Positions 1 to 8,192 of a DNA stretch of 39,129 bases are shown here, one piece after another. The translations under genes and the position numbers were made by a program. The stretch's first letter is position 1, and each line of letters starts with the position of its first letter. Below the pieces are notes generated by a model. It did not search any database. It was not told the origin of the DNA and saw only the letters and a program-made list of their open reading frames with translations. Source of the DNA: a phage; sequence record PX309103.1; one strand, written 5' to 3'.

Positions 1-180
1 TCTCACAGTTCAAGAACCTCAAGTCTCCCCATAGGCCCTCTTTAAGTCCAGACCAAAGGCCCTACCCCCAGTCTATCATAAGGTTGGACCGATGGTCAAG
101 ACTTCAGGTCGACGATAGGTCTAGGCTATGGCTGGAGGTTAGACGATAGGTAGGGGCTATAGGTCTGTCTCTGTGTCTCT
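1..180. repeat. Left direct terminal repeat (180 bp), identical to 38950-39129
   Basis: Read directly: bases 1-180 are identical to the last 180 bases of the window; T7-like genomes carry such terminal redundancy. Confidence 0.95.
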
Positions 181-216
181 ATCTGTATAGTGTTATAGTA
201 TAACATTACGTCCACA

Positions 217-306
217 CCTACAGTCTCACTACCTACAGTCATTGACTCCTGCTGTACCTACAGCCTCAACCATAAGACACCAACGCCTACAGTCAGAGAC
301 CTACAG
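217..306. repeat. Array of 5 CCTACAG heptamers just inside the left terminal repeat
   Basis: CCTACAG at 217, 232, 257, 286 and 300; resembles the short repeat arrays flanking T7 terminal repeats. Confidence 0.7.
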
Positions 307-556
307 TTAATAGACACACAGCTATAGACTTAAGGTCAAAGACATGTTAGTCAAAGACTATCCTCTTACACCATGAGGCCGACGATAGCTTAATCGATAT
401 TATTTAAATAACATATTGACTATAGGTCCAGACTATGGCCTAATAGCTTCCGTCAACACGACACGGCAACAACCGGATAGTGAAGACGCCGGGTCATCCC
501 GGTTAAGTAGACAGCCTGATAAGTCATACGAACAACAGGCAGATGACAGAAAGTAG

Positions 557-586
557 TTGACAAGATGTAACGATAAGATGTAAGCT
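557..586 (+). promoter_or_regulatory. Candidate host sigma70 early promoter (TTGACA-N18-TAAGCT)
   Basis: TTGACA at 557-562 and TAAGCT at 581-586; position matches T7 A-promoters. A second weaker candidate has TTGACT at 416-421 after an AT-rich stretch. Pattern match only. Confidence 0.3.
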
Positions 587-775
587 GTACCACATCGAAA
601 CAACGGTGATGACCAACACTGAAATGGTCTACCTGAAGTCCTCTGACTGAAGGGAATGCTCTTTAACAATCTGGATAAACTCTTAATGTGCGCCGATAGC
701 GACTAACTACAGGGTCTTTGAGTCTACATCTGAAGGCCCTGACTGATAGTCACTAACAACTGAGAGGATATAACT

Positions 776-1285
776 ATGGAACGTAACGCTAACGCATACT
801 ATGAGCTGCTGGCTGCAACCGTTGAGCTGTTCAATGAGCGTATTCAGTACGACGAAATAGCTGAAGGCGATGACTACAGCGATGCGCTGCATGAGGTCGT
901 AGACGGTCAGGTCCCGCACTATTACCACGAGATTTTCACGGTGATGGCTGCTGATGGCATAGACCACGAGTTTGAGGACTCTGGGCTGATGCCTGAGACC
1001 AAGAACGTAACGCGTATACTACAAGCTCGCATCTATGAGGCACTTTATAACGATGTGTCTAATAGCTCTGAGGTGGTCTGGTTTGAGGCTGAAGAGAGCG
1101 ACGAAGAGGATGAATATTGGGTAGTTGACACTAGAACAGGCGAGATAATTGAGCAAGCTGTATCACTTTACGAGGCTACTGCATGTGCAAAAGAACTCTA
1201 TGAGGAAGGTTTTCACATGCAGGTCGAAGACATCAACGATAACGTAGTGTTCGACCCTGCGGCTGCTGAGGAGGATTGCGAGTGA
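776..1285 (+). CDS. ocr: Ocr-like anti-restriction DNA-mimic protein (T7 gp0.3 family) with C-terminal extension
   Basis: 169 aa, very acidic; the segment VPHYYHEIFTVMAADGIDHEFEDSGLMPETKNVTRILQARIYEAL matches recalled T7 Ocr; GAGGA RBS; first gene after the early promoter region. Confidence 0.85.
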   Translation: MERNANAYYELLAATVELFNERIQYDEIAEGDDYSDALHEVVDGQVPHYYHEIFTVMAADGIDHEFEDSGLMPETKNVTRILQARIYEALYNDVSNSSEVVWFEAEESDEEDEYWVVDTRTGEIIEQAVSLYEATACAKELYEEGFHMQVEDINDNVVFDPAAAEEDCE

Positions 1286-1442
1286 TAGTAACTTATGGTC
1301 TCTGCCAGCACCACGTCACCATAAGCCGGGCGTTGGTCAAAACCGGGCAGTTAAACCACGAGGAGGCCATGCGTCTCTTGAAAGTGGTCTACAGGAGACG
1401 CAAGCGCATGCACGATAGTTTACACACTGAGGACAAGTAAAC

Positions 1443-1574
1443 ATGTATCAGATAACTTATAGCAGTGAACAGGCATTCTACGAGGGGTGCTACGAGCTGA
1501 TGAAGCGTGGGGCTTGCTGGTGGGCTGACTGTAAGCAAGATGACCACTGTATCGGTGGAAGTGTAACCGTGTAA
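1443..1574 (+). CDS. Small Cys-rich early protein (43 aa), hypothetical
   Basis: ORF MYQITYSSEQAFYEGCYELMKRGACWWADCKQDDHCIGGSVTV with GAGGA upstream; below the ORF-track size cutoff. Confidence 0.4.
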   Translation: MYQITYSSEQAFYEGCYELMKRGACWWADCKQDDHCIGGSVTV

Positions 1575-1655
1575 GGCCTAGCTGAGTGATAGACGAGAGG
1601 TCATCGACTGATAGGTGGCCTCAAAGATTACCACTTAAATTGATAGGAGTTAACT

Positions 1656-1823
1656 ATGAAATTTACAGGCATAGCACTTTACGTAACGATTATTATGGCG
1701 TGGCTGACTGCGGTATTCACTGATGGGAACGCATTACGACTAGGCTGGATGGCAGTGGATATTATCTTCTCTCCGGTAGGGGTCGTGCGGGGCATCTTGA
1801 TGTGGTTTGGATTGGCGGGATAA
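1656..1823 (+). CDS. Small hydrophobic early protein (55 aa), hypothetical
   Basis: ORF MKFTGIALYVTIIMAWLTAVFTDGNALRLGWMAVDIIFSPVGVVRGILMWFGLAG with TAGGAG RBS; predicted transmembrane character. Confidence 0.45.
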   Translation: MKFTGIALYVTIIMAWLTAVFTDGNALRLGWMAVDIIFSPVGVVRGILMWFGLAG

Positions 1824-1912
1824 ACTATGAGTGTGGGATATTTGGTATGCCTGTCTCCGGTCATCTTTCTGATAGCTTGGGGGATATACGATTGTATTAA
1901 ACGGAAATCACT

Positions 1913-2110
1913 ATGAGTATCGCACTATTGATAGCCATAGGCTATGGACTTATCGCCTACGTGCTGGTGAGAGACATCAACAAAGCGCGTAAAGTCTACA
2001 AATTAAACTATGTACGTCTGGGTCGCTGGACTGTACGTCAACCTAACGGACGATTCCTGCGCAATTTAGCGAACGTCTGGGATATAGCAACTCTTGGGAG
2101 CAAACTGTAA
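1913..2110 (+). CDS. Hypothetical early membrane protein (65 aa)
   Basis: ORF with hydrophobic N-terminus; + strand, packed between early genes. Confidence 0.5.
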   Translation: MSIALLIAIGYGLIAYVLVRDINKARKVYKLNYVRLGRWTVRQPNGRFLRNLANVWDIATLGSKL

Positions 2111-2436
2111 TGAACAAGTCATACGGGATTAATCTGGTACACTCTATGGACGCAGAAATGAACATGTTAAGCCTACTGGCTACCGGGTATCGTCACGGAA
2201 CGTCAAGTCACACCGCACGTCAACAGCAGGAGCGGGACCGTGTACTACAGGCGCGACTCCGGGCAGAGGGCCATAAGTCCGAACTGATGTGTCTGGCGTA
2301 TGGCGGACGACCGATCACTGACGATGGTAAACTTTTAGTCTCAGGCTGGAAGGCGATAGACCAACGGTCAACCATCAAGCACACGACTCACGGTGACTTC
2401 AGCCATCTCCACGCTAACCCACTGATATGCAAGTAA
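2110..2436 (+). CDS. Hypothetical early protein (108 aa) at the T7 0.6/0.7 position
   Basis: ORF start overlaps the preceding stop (TAATG); I recognise no known domain. Confidence 0.5.
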   Translation: MNKSYGINLVHSMDAEMNMLSLLATGYRHGTSSHTARQQQERDRVLQARLRAEGHKSELMCLAYGGRPITDDGKLLVSGWKAIDQRSTIKHTTHGDFSHLHANPLICK

Positions 2437-2441
2437 TTCTG

Positions 2442-2464
2442 ACTTAACTATCACTATAGGACTC
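2442..2464 (+). promoter_or_regulatory. Phage RNAP promoter upstream of gene 1 (TTAACTATCACTATAGGACT)
   Basis: Matches the in-genome consensus TAAACTATCACTATAGG found 11 times. Confidence 0.7.
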
Positions 2465-2533
2465 AAGGTCTAAGACTCCAAGTGAAAGACCAAAGAGACT
2501 CTAAGTGAAAGACTAATAACAAGGACTTTAAGT

Positions 2534-5215
2534 ATGAGCGTCATCTCTATTGACAAACACGACTTCTCTGATGTGTCAAACGCCATTGAGCCGTTTAACC
2601 TGCTGGCTGACCACTACGGGCAAGACCTTGCAGTCAAACAGCTTCAGCTTGAGCATGAGGCATACACTGAAGGCGAGCGACGTTTCATCAAAAACCTTGA
2701 GCGACAGACTGAGCGCGGGGAACTGGCAGACAATCAGGTCGCCAAGCCTTTGATGCAGACTCTGGTCCCTAAGATTGCGCAAGCAGTCAAGGAGTGGCAC
2801 GAAGGTCCAGACGGGAAGCTGTCAACCTCTCGTCCTAGCGTAGCGTTCACCATGTTGAGCACTGAAGAGAAGGCCGTCAAGGACCGCTCTATGCGCATCT
2901 CCTGTGAGTCCGCTGCGGTTATCATACTGAAGGTAATACTCTCCAAGCTGGTCAAGCCCGAAGGGATACCGATTACACCTATGGCCTCCGCGATAGGTCG
3001 CACACTTGAGGACGAAATCCGCTTCGGTCGCATCCGTGACAAAGAGAAAGAGCACTTCAAGAAGGCGATAGCTGATAACCTGAATAAGCGTGCCGGGGCA
3101 TCCTACAAGAAAGCCTACATGCAAGCGGTAGAGGCATCCATGCTGGAGCAAGGCCAACTGGAAGATGCGTGGGGGACTTGGAGTCCTACAGAGGCTGTCC
3201 ACGTTGGCATTAAGATGCTCGAGATTGTCATCCAGTCAACACAACTTGTCGAGCTTAAGCGTTACGGTGCTGGCAATGCAGCGACTGACGTAGAGATGGT
3301 CCACCTGTCAGACTTCTGGGTCAAGAAGATGGCACAACGAGGATTCAGCCTTGCGGGTATCGCTCCTGTCTACCAGCCTTGCGTCGTTCCACCAAAGCCG
3401 TGGACTGGTGTCGTAGGCGGTGGGTATTGGGCCAAAGGTCGAAGACCATTGCCACTGATTCGCTTAGGGTCTAAGTCTGCGGTAGCACGTTACGAAGACG
3501 TGTACATGCCTGAAGTCTATGACGCTGTGAATATCATCCAGAATACACCTTGGAAAGTGAACAAGAAGGTATTGGACGTGGTGAACATGGTCGAGAAGCT
3601 GAACAACACGCCTATTGATGACATCCCTCAGATGGAGCCGCTGAAGCCTGAGGACTATGCTGGTGAGACCGAAGAAGAACTCAAGGCATGGAAGAAGGCT
3701 GCTGCTGGTATCTACCGCCGAGAGAAGGCCCGGCAGTCACGTAGATTGTCACTGAGCTTTATCGTTAACCAAGCGAACAAGTTCTCTCAGTTCAAGGCCA
3801 TCTGGTTTCCGTACAACATGGACTGGCGCGGTCGCGTCTACGCTGTGCCGATGTTCAACCCTCAAGGCAACGACATGCAGAAGGGTCTCCTGACTCTGGC
3901 AGTCGGCAAGCCTATTGGTGCTGACGGTTTCAAATGGCTGAAGGTCCACGGTGCAAACTGCGCGGGTGTCGATAAAGTCACCTTCGAGGAGCGCATCAAG
4001 TGGGTGGAAGACAACCACGAAAACATCATGGCTGCTGCTAAGGCACCGATGGATAGTATTGAGTGGTGGGGCAAGTTAGACTCTCCGTTCTGTTTCCTCG
4101 CGTTCTGCTTCGAGTATGCTGGCGTAATGCACCACGGCCTGTCTTACTCCTGCTCGCTGCCGATAGCGTTCGATGGGTCCTGCTCTGGTATTCAGCACTT
4201 CAGTGCGATGCTTCGTGACCACATCGGTGGACATGCAGTAAACCTGACGCCATCCGGTATGGTACAAGACATCTACCGCATTGTGTCTGACCGCATTGAG
4301 GAGGAGCTTAAAGTCCTGCTGATTAACGGTACTGACAACGAGATGGTCACTCACGAGGACAAGAAAACTGGTGAGATTACCGAACGTATCAAGCTGGGGA
4401 CACGAGAGCTGGCCCGTCAGTGGCTGACCTACGGGATGTCACGTAAGGTCACTAAGCGTTCAGTCATGACTCTGGCATACGGGTCGAAAGAGTACGGCTT
4501 CGCAGACCAAGTTTACGAGGACATCGTGATGCCAGCGATTGACTCAGGGTCTGGCGCTATGTTCACCGAGCCGAGCCAAGCGTCTCGCTTCATGGCTAAG
4601 ATGATTTGGGAAGCTGTGAGTGTGACTGTAGTTGCTGCGGTTGACGCGATGAAGTGGCTTCAAGGTGCTGCCAAGCTGCTGGCTGCTGAGGTGAAGGACA
4701 AGAAGACTGGAGAAATCCTGAAGCCTTGCCTTCCGGTACACTGGGTAACACCTGATGGTTTCCCGGTCTGGCAGGAATACCGCAAGAAGGATACCACTCG
4801 TCTGAACCTGATGTTCTTAGGGTCATTCAACCTTCAGCCTACCGTCAACAGAGGTACGAAGAAAGAGCTGGACAAACACAAGCAGGAGTCAGGAATTAGC
4901 CCGAACTTCGTCCACTCACAAGATGGTAGCCACCTCCGCAAGACTGTAGTCCACACGCACCGCAAGTATGGCGTGATGTCATTCGCAGTGATTCACGATA
5001 GCTTCGGGACCATCCCGGCTGACGCTGAGTATCTGTTCCGTGGCGTCCGTGAGACGATGGTCGAGACCTACCGCGACAACGATGTGCTGCTTGACTTCTA
5101 CGAGCAGTTTGAATACCAGCTTCATGAGAGCCAGCGCGACAAGTTACCTGAGCTACCGAAGAAAGGTAAACTGAATATCGAGGACATCTTGTCTTCAGAC
5201 TTTGCATTCGCTTAA
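2534..5215 (+). CDS. Single-subunit DNA-dependent RNA polymerase (T7 gp1 family)
   Basis: 893 aa; motifs DGSCSGIQHFSAM, HDSFGT and C-terminal ...DFAFA match T7 RNAP. Confidence 0.97.
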   Translation: MSVISIDKHDFSDVSNAIEPFNLLADHYGQDLAVKQLQLEHEAYTEGERRFIKNLERQTERGELADNQVAKPLMQTLVPKIAQAVKEWHEGPDGKLSTSRPSVAFTMLSTEEKAVKDRSMRISCESAAVIILKVILSKLVKPEGIPITPMASAIGRTLEDEIRFGRIRDKEKEHFKKAIADNLNKRAGASYKKAYMQAVEASMLEQGQLEDAWGTWSPTEAVHVGIKMLEIVIQSTQLVELKRYGAGNAATDVEMVHLSDFWVKKMAQRGFSLAGIAPVYQPCVVPPKPWTGVVGGGYWAKGRRPLPLIRLGSKSAVARYEDVYMPEVYDAVNIIQNTPWKVNKKVLDVVNMVEKLNNTPIDDIPQMEPLKPEDYAGETEEELKAWKKAAAGIYRREKARQSRRLSLSFIVNQANKFSQFKAIWFPYNMDWRGRVYAVPMFNPQGNDMQKGLLTLAVGKPIGADGFKWLKVHGANCAGVDKVTFEERIKWVEDNHENIMAAAKAPMDSIEWWGKLDSPFCFLAFCFEYAGVMHHGLSYSCSLPIAFDGSCSGIQHFSAMLRDHIGGHAVNLTPSGMVQDIYRIVSDRIEEELKVLLINGTDNEMVTHEDKKTGEITERIKLGTRELARQWLTYGMSRKVTKRSVMTLAYGSKEYGFADQVYEDIVMPAIDSGSGAMFTEPSQASRFMAKMIWEAVSVTVVAAVDAMKWLQGAAKLLAAEVKDKKTGEILKPCLPVHWVTPDGFPVWQEYRKKDTTRLNLMFLGSFNLQPTVNRGTKKELDKHKQESGISPNFVHSQDGSHLRKTVVHTHRKYGVMSFAVIHDSFGTIPADAEYLFRGVRETMVETYRDNDVLLDFYEQFEYQLHESQRDKLPELPKKGKLNIEDILSSDFAFA

Positions 5216-5227
5216 CAGGAGAGAGTT

Positions 5228-5443
5228 ATGAAATTTGCACACAAGCAGGCTGGCGTTAAGGGCGGGACTCAAATCGTGACCGTAACAGAACACAACGGCA
5301 AGGGTCTGGTGAAGACCACGGTCATTCCTACCGAGATGTCAAAGCAGCTTAACGTCCCATTCAAGACCCTAGTCTGTCTTGTGGAATCTAGCCACGAGAA
5401 ATACCTGAAAGACGCAGTGTCCAAGCTGGAGCAGACCAAATGA
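5228..5443 (+). CDS. Hypothetical protein (71 aa) between RNAP gene and the phi1.1-type promoter
   Basis: ORF with AGGAGA RBS; T7 has no gene at this position as far as I recall. Confidence 0.5.
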   Translation: MKFAHKQAGVKGGTQIVTVTEHNGKGLVKTTVIPTEMSKQLNVPFKTLVCLVESSHEKYLKDAVSKLEQTK

Positions 5444-5516
5444 CAGACTTACAGTTACTGGCCTTGTGGTTGGGAGCACTAGCAGTATTCACTTTAATCC
5501 AACGCAGAAGAGGTTA

Positions 5517-5541
5517 ACCCTAAACTATCACTATAGGATTA
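5517..5541 (+). promoter_or_regulatory. Phage RNAP promoter (phi1.1-like)
   Basis: TAAACTATCACTATAGGATT. Confidence 0.8.
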
Positions 5542-5546
5542 GACTC

Positions 5547-5573
5547 AAGGTCATGACTCAAAGTCGTGGCCTT
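5547..5573 (+). promoter_or_regulatory. Conserved hairpin, RNase III-site-like (R1.1 position)
   Basis: AAGGUCAUGAC / GUCGUGGCCUU 11-bp stem with G-U pairs and UCAAA loop; one of 3 copies of the same element. Confidence 0.6.
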
Positions 5574-5611
5574 CATGATTAACCCTAACTCATTCAATCA
5601 GGAGCTACACC

Positions 5612-5791
5612 ATGTATCAGAACACTATCAACTTCGAGCGCATCCGTGAACGTCAGCAGACTGAAGATTATATTCCGAAGGGACGCAAGCTGAACAAGAC
5701 CAAGCGTGGCGGTGGTGTAAAGGGTGCTTTCCGTAACGCTGAAGGAAAAGACTCTATGGTCAACCAAGAGAAGTATTTCGTAGGAGCATAA
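5612..5791 (+). CDS. gp1.1-like small basic protein (59 aa)
   Basis: Contains KGRKLNKTKR, matching recalled T7 gp1.1; AGGAG RBS. Confidence 0.7.
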   Translation: MYQNTINFERIRERQQTEDYIPKGRKLNKTKRGGGVKGAFRNAEGKDSMVNQEKYFVGA

Positions 5792-5795
5792 CGCT

Positions 5796-6059
5796 ATGGG
5801 CCGACTTTATAGTGGCAACCTAAACGCTTTCAAAGCAGCGTGTAACAGGCTCTATCAGTTAGACTTCGCTGTCATATCTCAGGAGTTTCAAGACCTTACG
5901 TCACGCCAAGAGTGTATGAGACTCAGGGTAGAGGACCGGGCGGGTAACATATTCGCTCTTGAGTCCTTCGCACACTACGATGAAGACGTACTGTACAACA
6001 CTGCAACAGAATTCCTCAATGGTCTCGCTGACCAACTCGACACATGGAGCAAATCATAA
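5796..6059 (+). CDS. gp1.2-like protein (inhibitor of host dGTP triphosphohydrolase family)
   Basis: N-terminus MGRLYSGNLNAFKAA... matches recalled T7 gp1.2. Confidence 0.8.
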   Translation: MGRLYSGNLNAFKAACNRLYQLDFAVISQEFQDLTSRQECMRLRVEDRAGNIFALESFAHYDEDVLYNTATEFLNGLADQLDTWSKS

Positions 6060-7162
6060 TGACAACGACTATCAAAACTAACCCGCACCGCGCTGTAGAT
6101 TACTCTGAGTCTGGCGTTAAGAAAGCACTGGAAGCAGCCGGGTCTCTGGAAGCTGAAGTGAAGTACGATGGTGTGCGCCTGAATCTCCCGGTCTTCCCTA
6201 CTGGTGAGACTCAATGGTTGAGCCGTGAGTCTAAACCTCTCCCAGCGCTTCAGCATCTGAAGTCAGAACATGGTAGTCCTACCGAATTAACAAACTGTGG
6301 AGACTGGCGCTGGTTCCTGAAGCAAGCAGGACATGAGGTCTCTGGCCTAATGATTGATGGCGAGGTGATGGTCAAAGGCGTGGACTTCAACACGTCTTCC
6401 GGTCTTATCCGCACCATGTGGTCTGACCGCAAGAACTACAAGTGGAACATGAACCCTAAGGCAGATATGGAGACCAAGAAGTCTAACAAGGTTCCCTTCC
6501 AGATTAGCCCTGAGTCCCTACGAGTGGTCGTCTACGGGGTCATCGACCTTAACGTCATCAACGACCCAAAAGCCGAAGGTCCTATTCATAGCGTCACACG
6601 CCTGAAGGCCGAAGCTATCGTCCCTCTCCTCCAGAAATACTTCCCGGAAATCGACTGGGTTCTGTCTGAGTCACACACGGTCTATGACCTTGAGTCGCTC
6701 AGCTCCCTGTACGAAGAGAAGCGTCTGGAAGGACACGAGGGTCTGGTAGTCAAGGACCCGCTTGGTAAATACAAGCGTGGCAAGAAGTCTGGCATGTGGA
6801 AAATGAAGCCTGAGGAGACCATAGACGGGACAGTGTGTGGCCTCGTGTGGGGGACTCAGGGTAAGGCGAACGAAGGTAAGGTCATCGGCTTCGAGGTGCT
6901 ACTTGAGGACGGCATGGTGGTTAACACCTGTGGCCTGACTGAAGAACAGAAGGACGAATTCACAGCTAAAGTCGCTGAATCTAGTGGCTATACCTTGGCT
7001 GGTGGCCCTGTGGTTATTCAGGATGGGACCGAGAAGACCAACCCATACGAAGGCTGGCAGTGTGAAGTCCTCTTCATGGAGCGGTTCCCAGATGGCTCAC
7101 TTCGTCACCCTAGCTTCAAGTGCTGGCGTGGAACTGAAGACAATCCGACCATTAAGAGCTAA
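6059..7162 (+). CDS. ATP-dependent DNA ligase (T7 gp1.3 family)
   Basis: Adenylation motif KYDGVR (EVKYDGVRLNL); start placed at ATG 6059 (GGAG 9 nt upstream, TAATG overlap with previous stop) rather than the ORF-track start 6044. Confidence 0.9.
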   Translation: MTTTIKTNPHRAVDYSESGVKKALEAAGSLEAEVKYDGVRLNLPVFPTGETQWLSRESKPLPALQHLKSEHGSPTELTNCGDWRWFLKQAGHEVSGLMIDGEVMVKGVDFNTSSGLIRTMWSDRKNYKWNMNPKADMETKKSNKVPFQISPESLRVVVYGVIDLNVINDPKAEGPIHSVTRLKAEAIVPLLQKYFPEIDWVLSESHTVYDLESLSSLYEEKRLEGHEGLVVKDPLGKYKRGKKSGMWKMKPEETIDGTVCGLVWGTQGKANEGKVIGFEVLLEDGMVVNTCGLTEEQKDEFTAKVAESSGYTLAGGPVVIQDGTEKTNPYEGWQCEVLFMERFPDGSLRHPSFKCWRGTEDNPTIKS

Positions 7163-7171
7163 CTAAATGTC

Positions 7172-7210
7172 AACCCAGTGGTCTTAGGACTGCTGGGTTT
7201 CTTTGCTTTG
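7172..7210 (+). terminator. Intrinsic terminator after ligase (T7 TE-like)
   Basis: Stem CCCAGUGGUC/GACUGCUGGG with UUAG loop followed by UUUCUUUGCUUUG. Confidence 0.65.
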
Positions 7211-7245
7211 TGCTAGCAAGCTATCGTTTGGGGGAACCAGCCTGA

Positions 7246-7270
7246 CCCTAAGCTATCACTATAGGACAAC
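7246..7270 (+). promoter_or_regulatory. Phage RNAP promoter
   Basis: TAAGCTATCACTATAGGACA. Confidence 0.75.
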
Positions 7271-7293
7271 CATCAACAACCTAAGGAGACTCT

Positions 7294-7554
7294 ATGTCTA
7301 AGAACTTAATGTTCAACCGTTATACCGATACCTTCCACCTGTCCAACAACCCGTTCGCTTGCATTAAGCGCAACGAGAAGCTGGGCTACTTCGGGAAGGC
7401 CGTTAAGTTATCACCTACAGTATTCGCTCTGATTACTCCGAGCAAAGCGGAGGAGGCTCGCCAGAAGCGTGAGACCAACGTACCTGTGGTCTACACTAAG
7501 TGGCCTCGCGTTCGCCTGTTCGTTGAGTTCGTGAAGGAGGTATTCAATGACTAA
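7294..7554 (+). CDS. Hypothetical protein (86 aa), gp1.6-position
   Basis: ORF with AAGGAG RBS directly downstream of a phage promoter. Confidence 0.55.
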   Translation: MSKNLMFNRYTDTFHLSNNPFACIKRNEKLGYFGKAVKLSPTVFALITPSKAEEARQKRETNVPVVYTKWPRVRLFVEFVKEVFND

Positions 7555-7858
7555 GCATGCTCCCGGCTGTACGATATGGAACGGGGCTGAAGTATGTAGC
7601 TGTAGCAACCCGCCTAATACAGACGATGGTGTACGCAAGCCGTCCCACTATCAGGTCTTTGACGGTGTGGAATCCATTGAGATTATCGCCCGGTCCATGA
7701 CTGTCAGTGAGTTCCGTGGTTTCTGCATGGGTAACGTCCTGAAGTATCGACTCCGGGCTGGTAAGAAGTCCGAGCTGGCTACTATGGAGAAGGACCTGAA
7801 CAAAGCCGCCTTCTATCAGGAGCTGTTCGACCAACATAAAGGTAAGTGTCATGCTTAA
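7547..7858 (+). CDS. DUF3310-like protein (possibly related to gp1.7 C-terminal region)
   Basis: Motif ...GNVLKYRLRAGKK...DLNKAAFY resembles the DUF3310 signature from memory; GGAGG RBS. Confidence 0.5.
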   Translation: MTKHAPGCTIWNGAEVCSCSNPPNTDDGVRKPSHYQVFDGVESIEIIARSMTVSEFRGFCMGNVLKYRLRAGKKSELATMEKDLNKAAFYQELFDQHKGKCHA

Positions 7859-7955
7859 TGATATTCTGTACTTCGGATTAATCTGTGCAGGAGTAGGTGC
7901 ATTATTGCGTTTAATGTATTGGGCGATAGAGGCGGAATATGGTAAAACCAAGTGA
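7851..7955 (+). CDS. Small hydrophobic protein (34 aa), hypothetical
   Basis: ORF MLNDILYFGLICAGVGALLRLMYWAIEAEYGKTK; start overlaps previous gene end. Confidence 0.3.
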   Translation: MLNDILYFGLICAGVGALLRLMYWAIEAEYGKTK

Positions 7956-8033
7956 GTGGTGCCGGGAGATGTATGAGAAGACTCTCAACCCGGACTACAT
8001 CACGTTATACAACCAATGGAAGGAGCGCGGTTT

Positions 8034-8192
8034 ATGACTGACGTAGAGAAGAAGTACATCGTGGAGCTTGAGGGTCACATTCAGTCCTTCGAGGTTCCGG
8101 TGTACGCAAAGTCTCTTGAAGAGGCTACCCTGAAGTCCCAAGAGTATGAGGACGCTGGGTTTGTGGTCGGACGGATTCGTCCTGAGACCTAA
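8034..8192 (+). CDS. Gp2-like inhibitor of host RNA polymerase (52 aa)
   Basis: [17 protein letters not shown]...[10 protein letters not shown] matches recalled T7 Gp2. Confidence 0.8.
   Translation: MTDVEKKYIVELEGHIQSFEVPVYAKSLEEATLKSQEYEDAGFVVGRIRPET

Noticed and set aside
416-446. Second candidate host promoter (TTGACT at 416-421)
   Set aside because: A good -35 and an AT-rich upstream region, but no convincing -10 hexamer at 16-19 bp spacing; left as a note only
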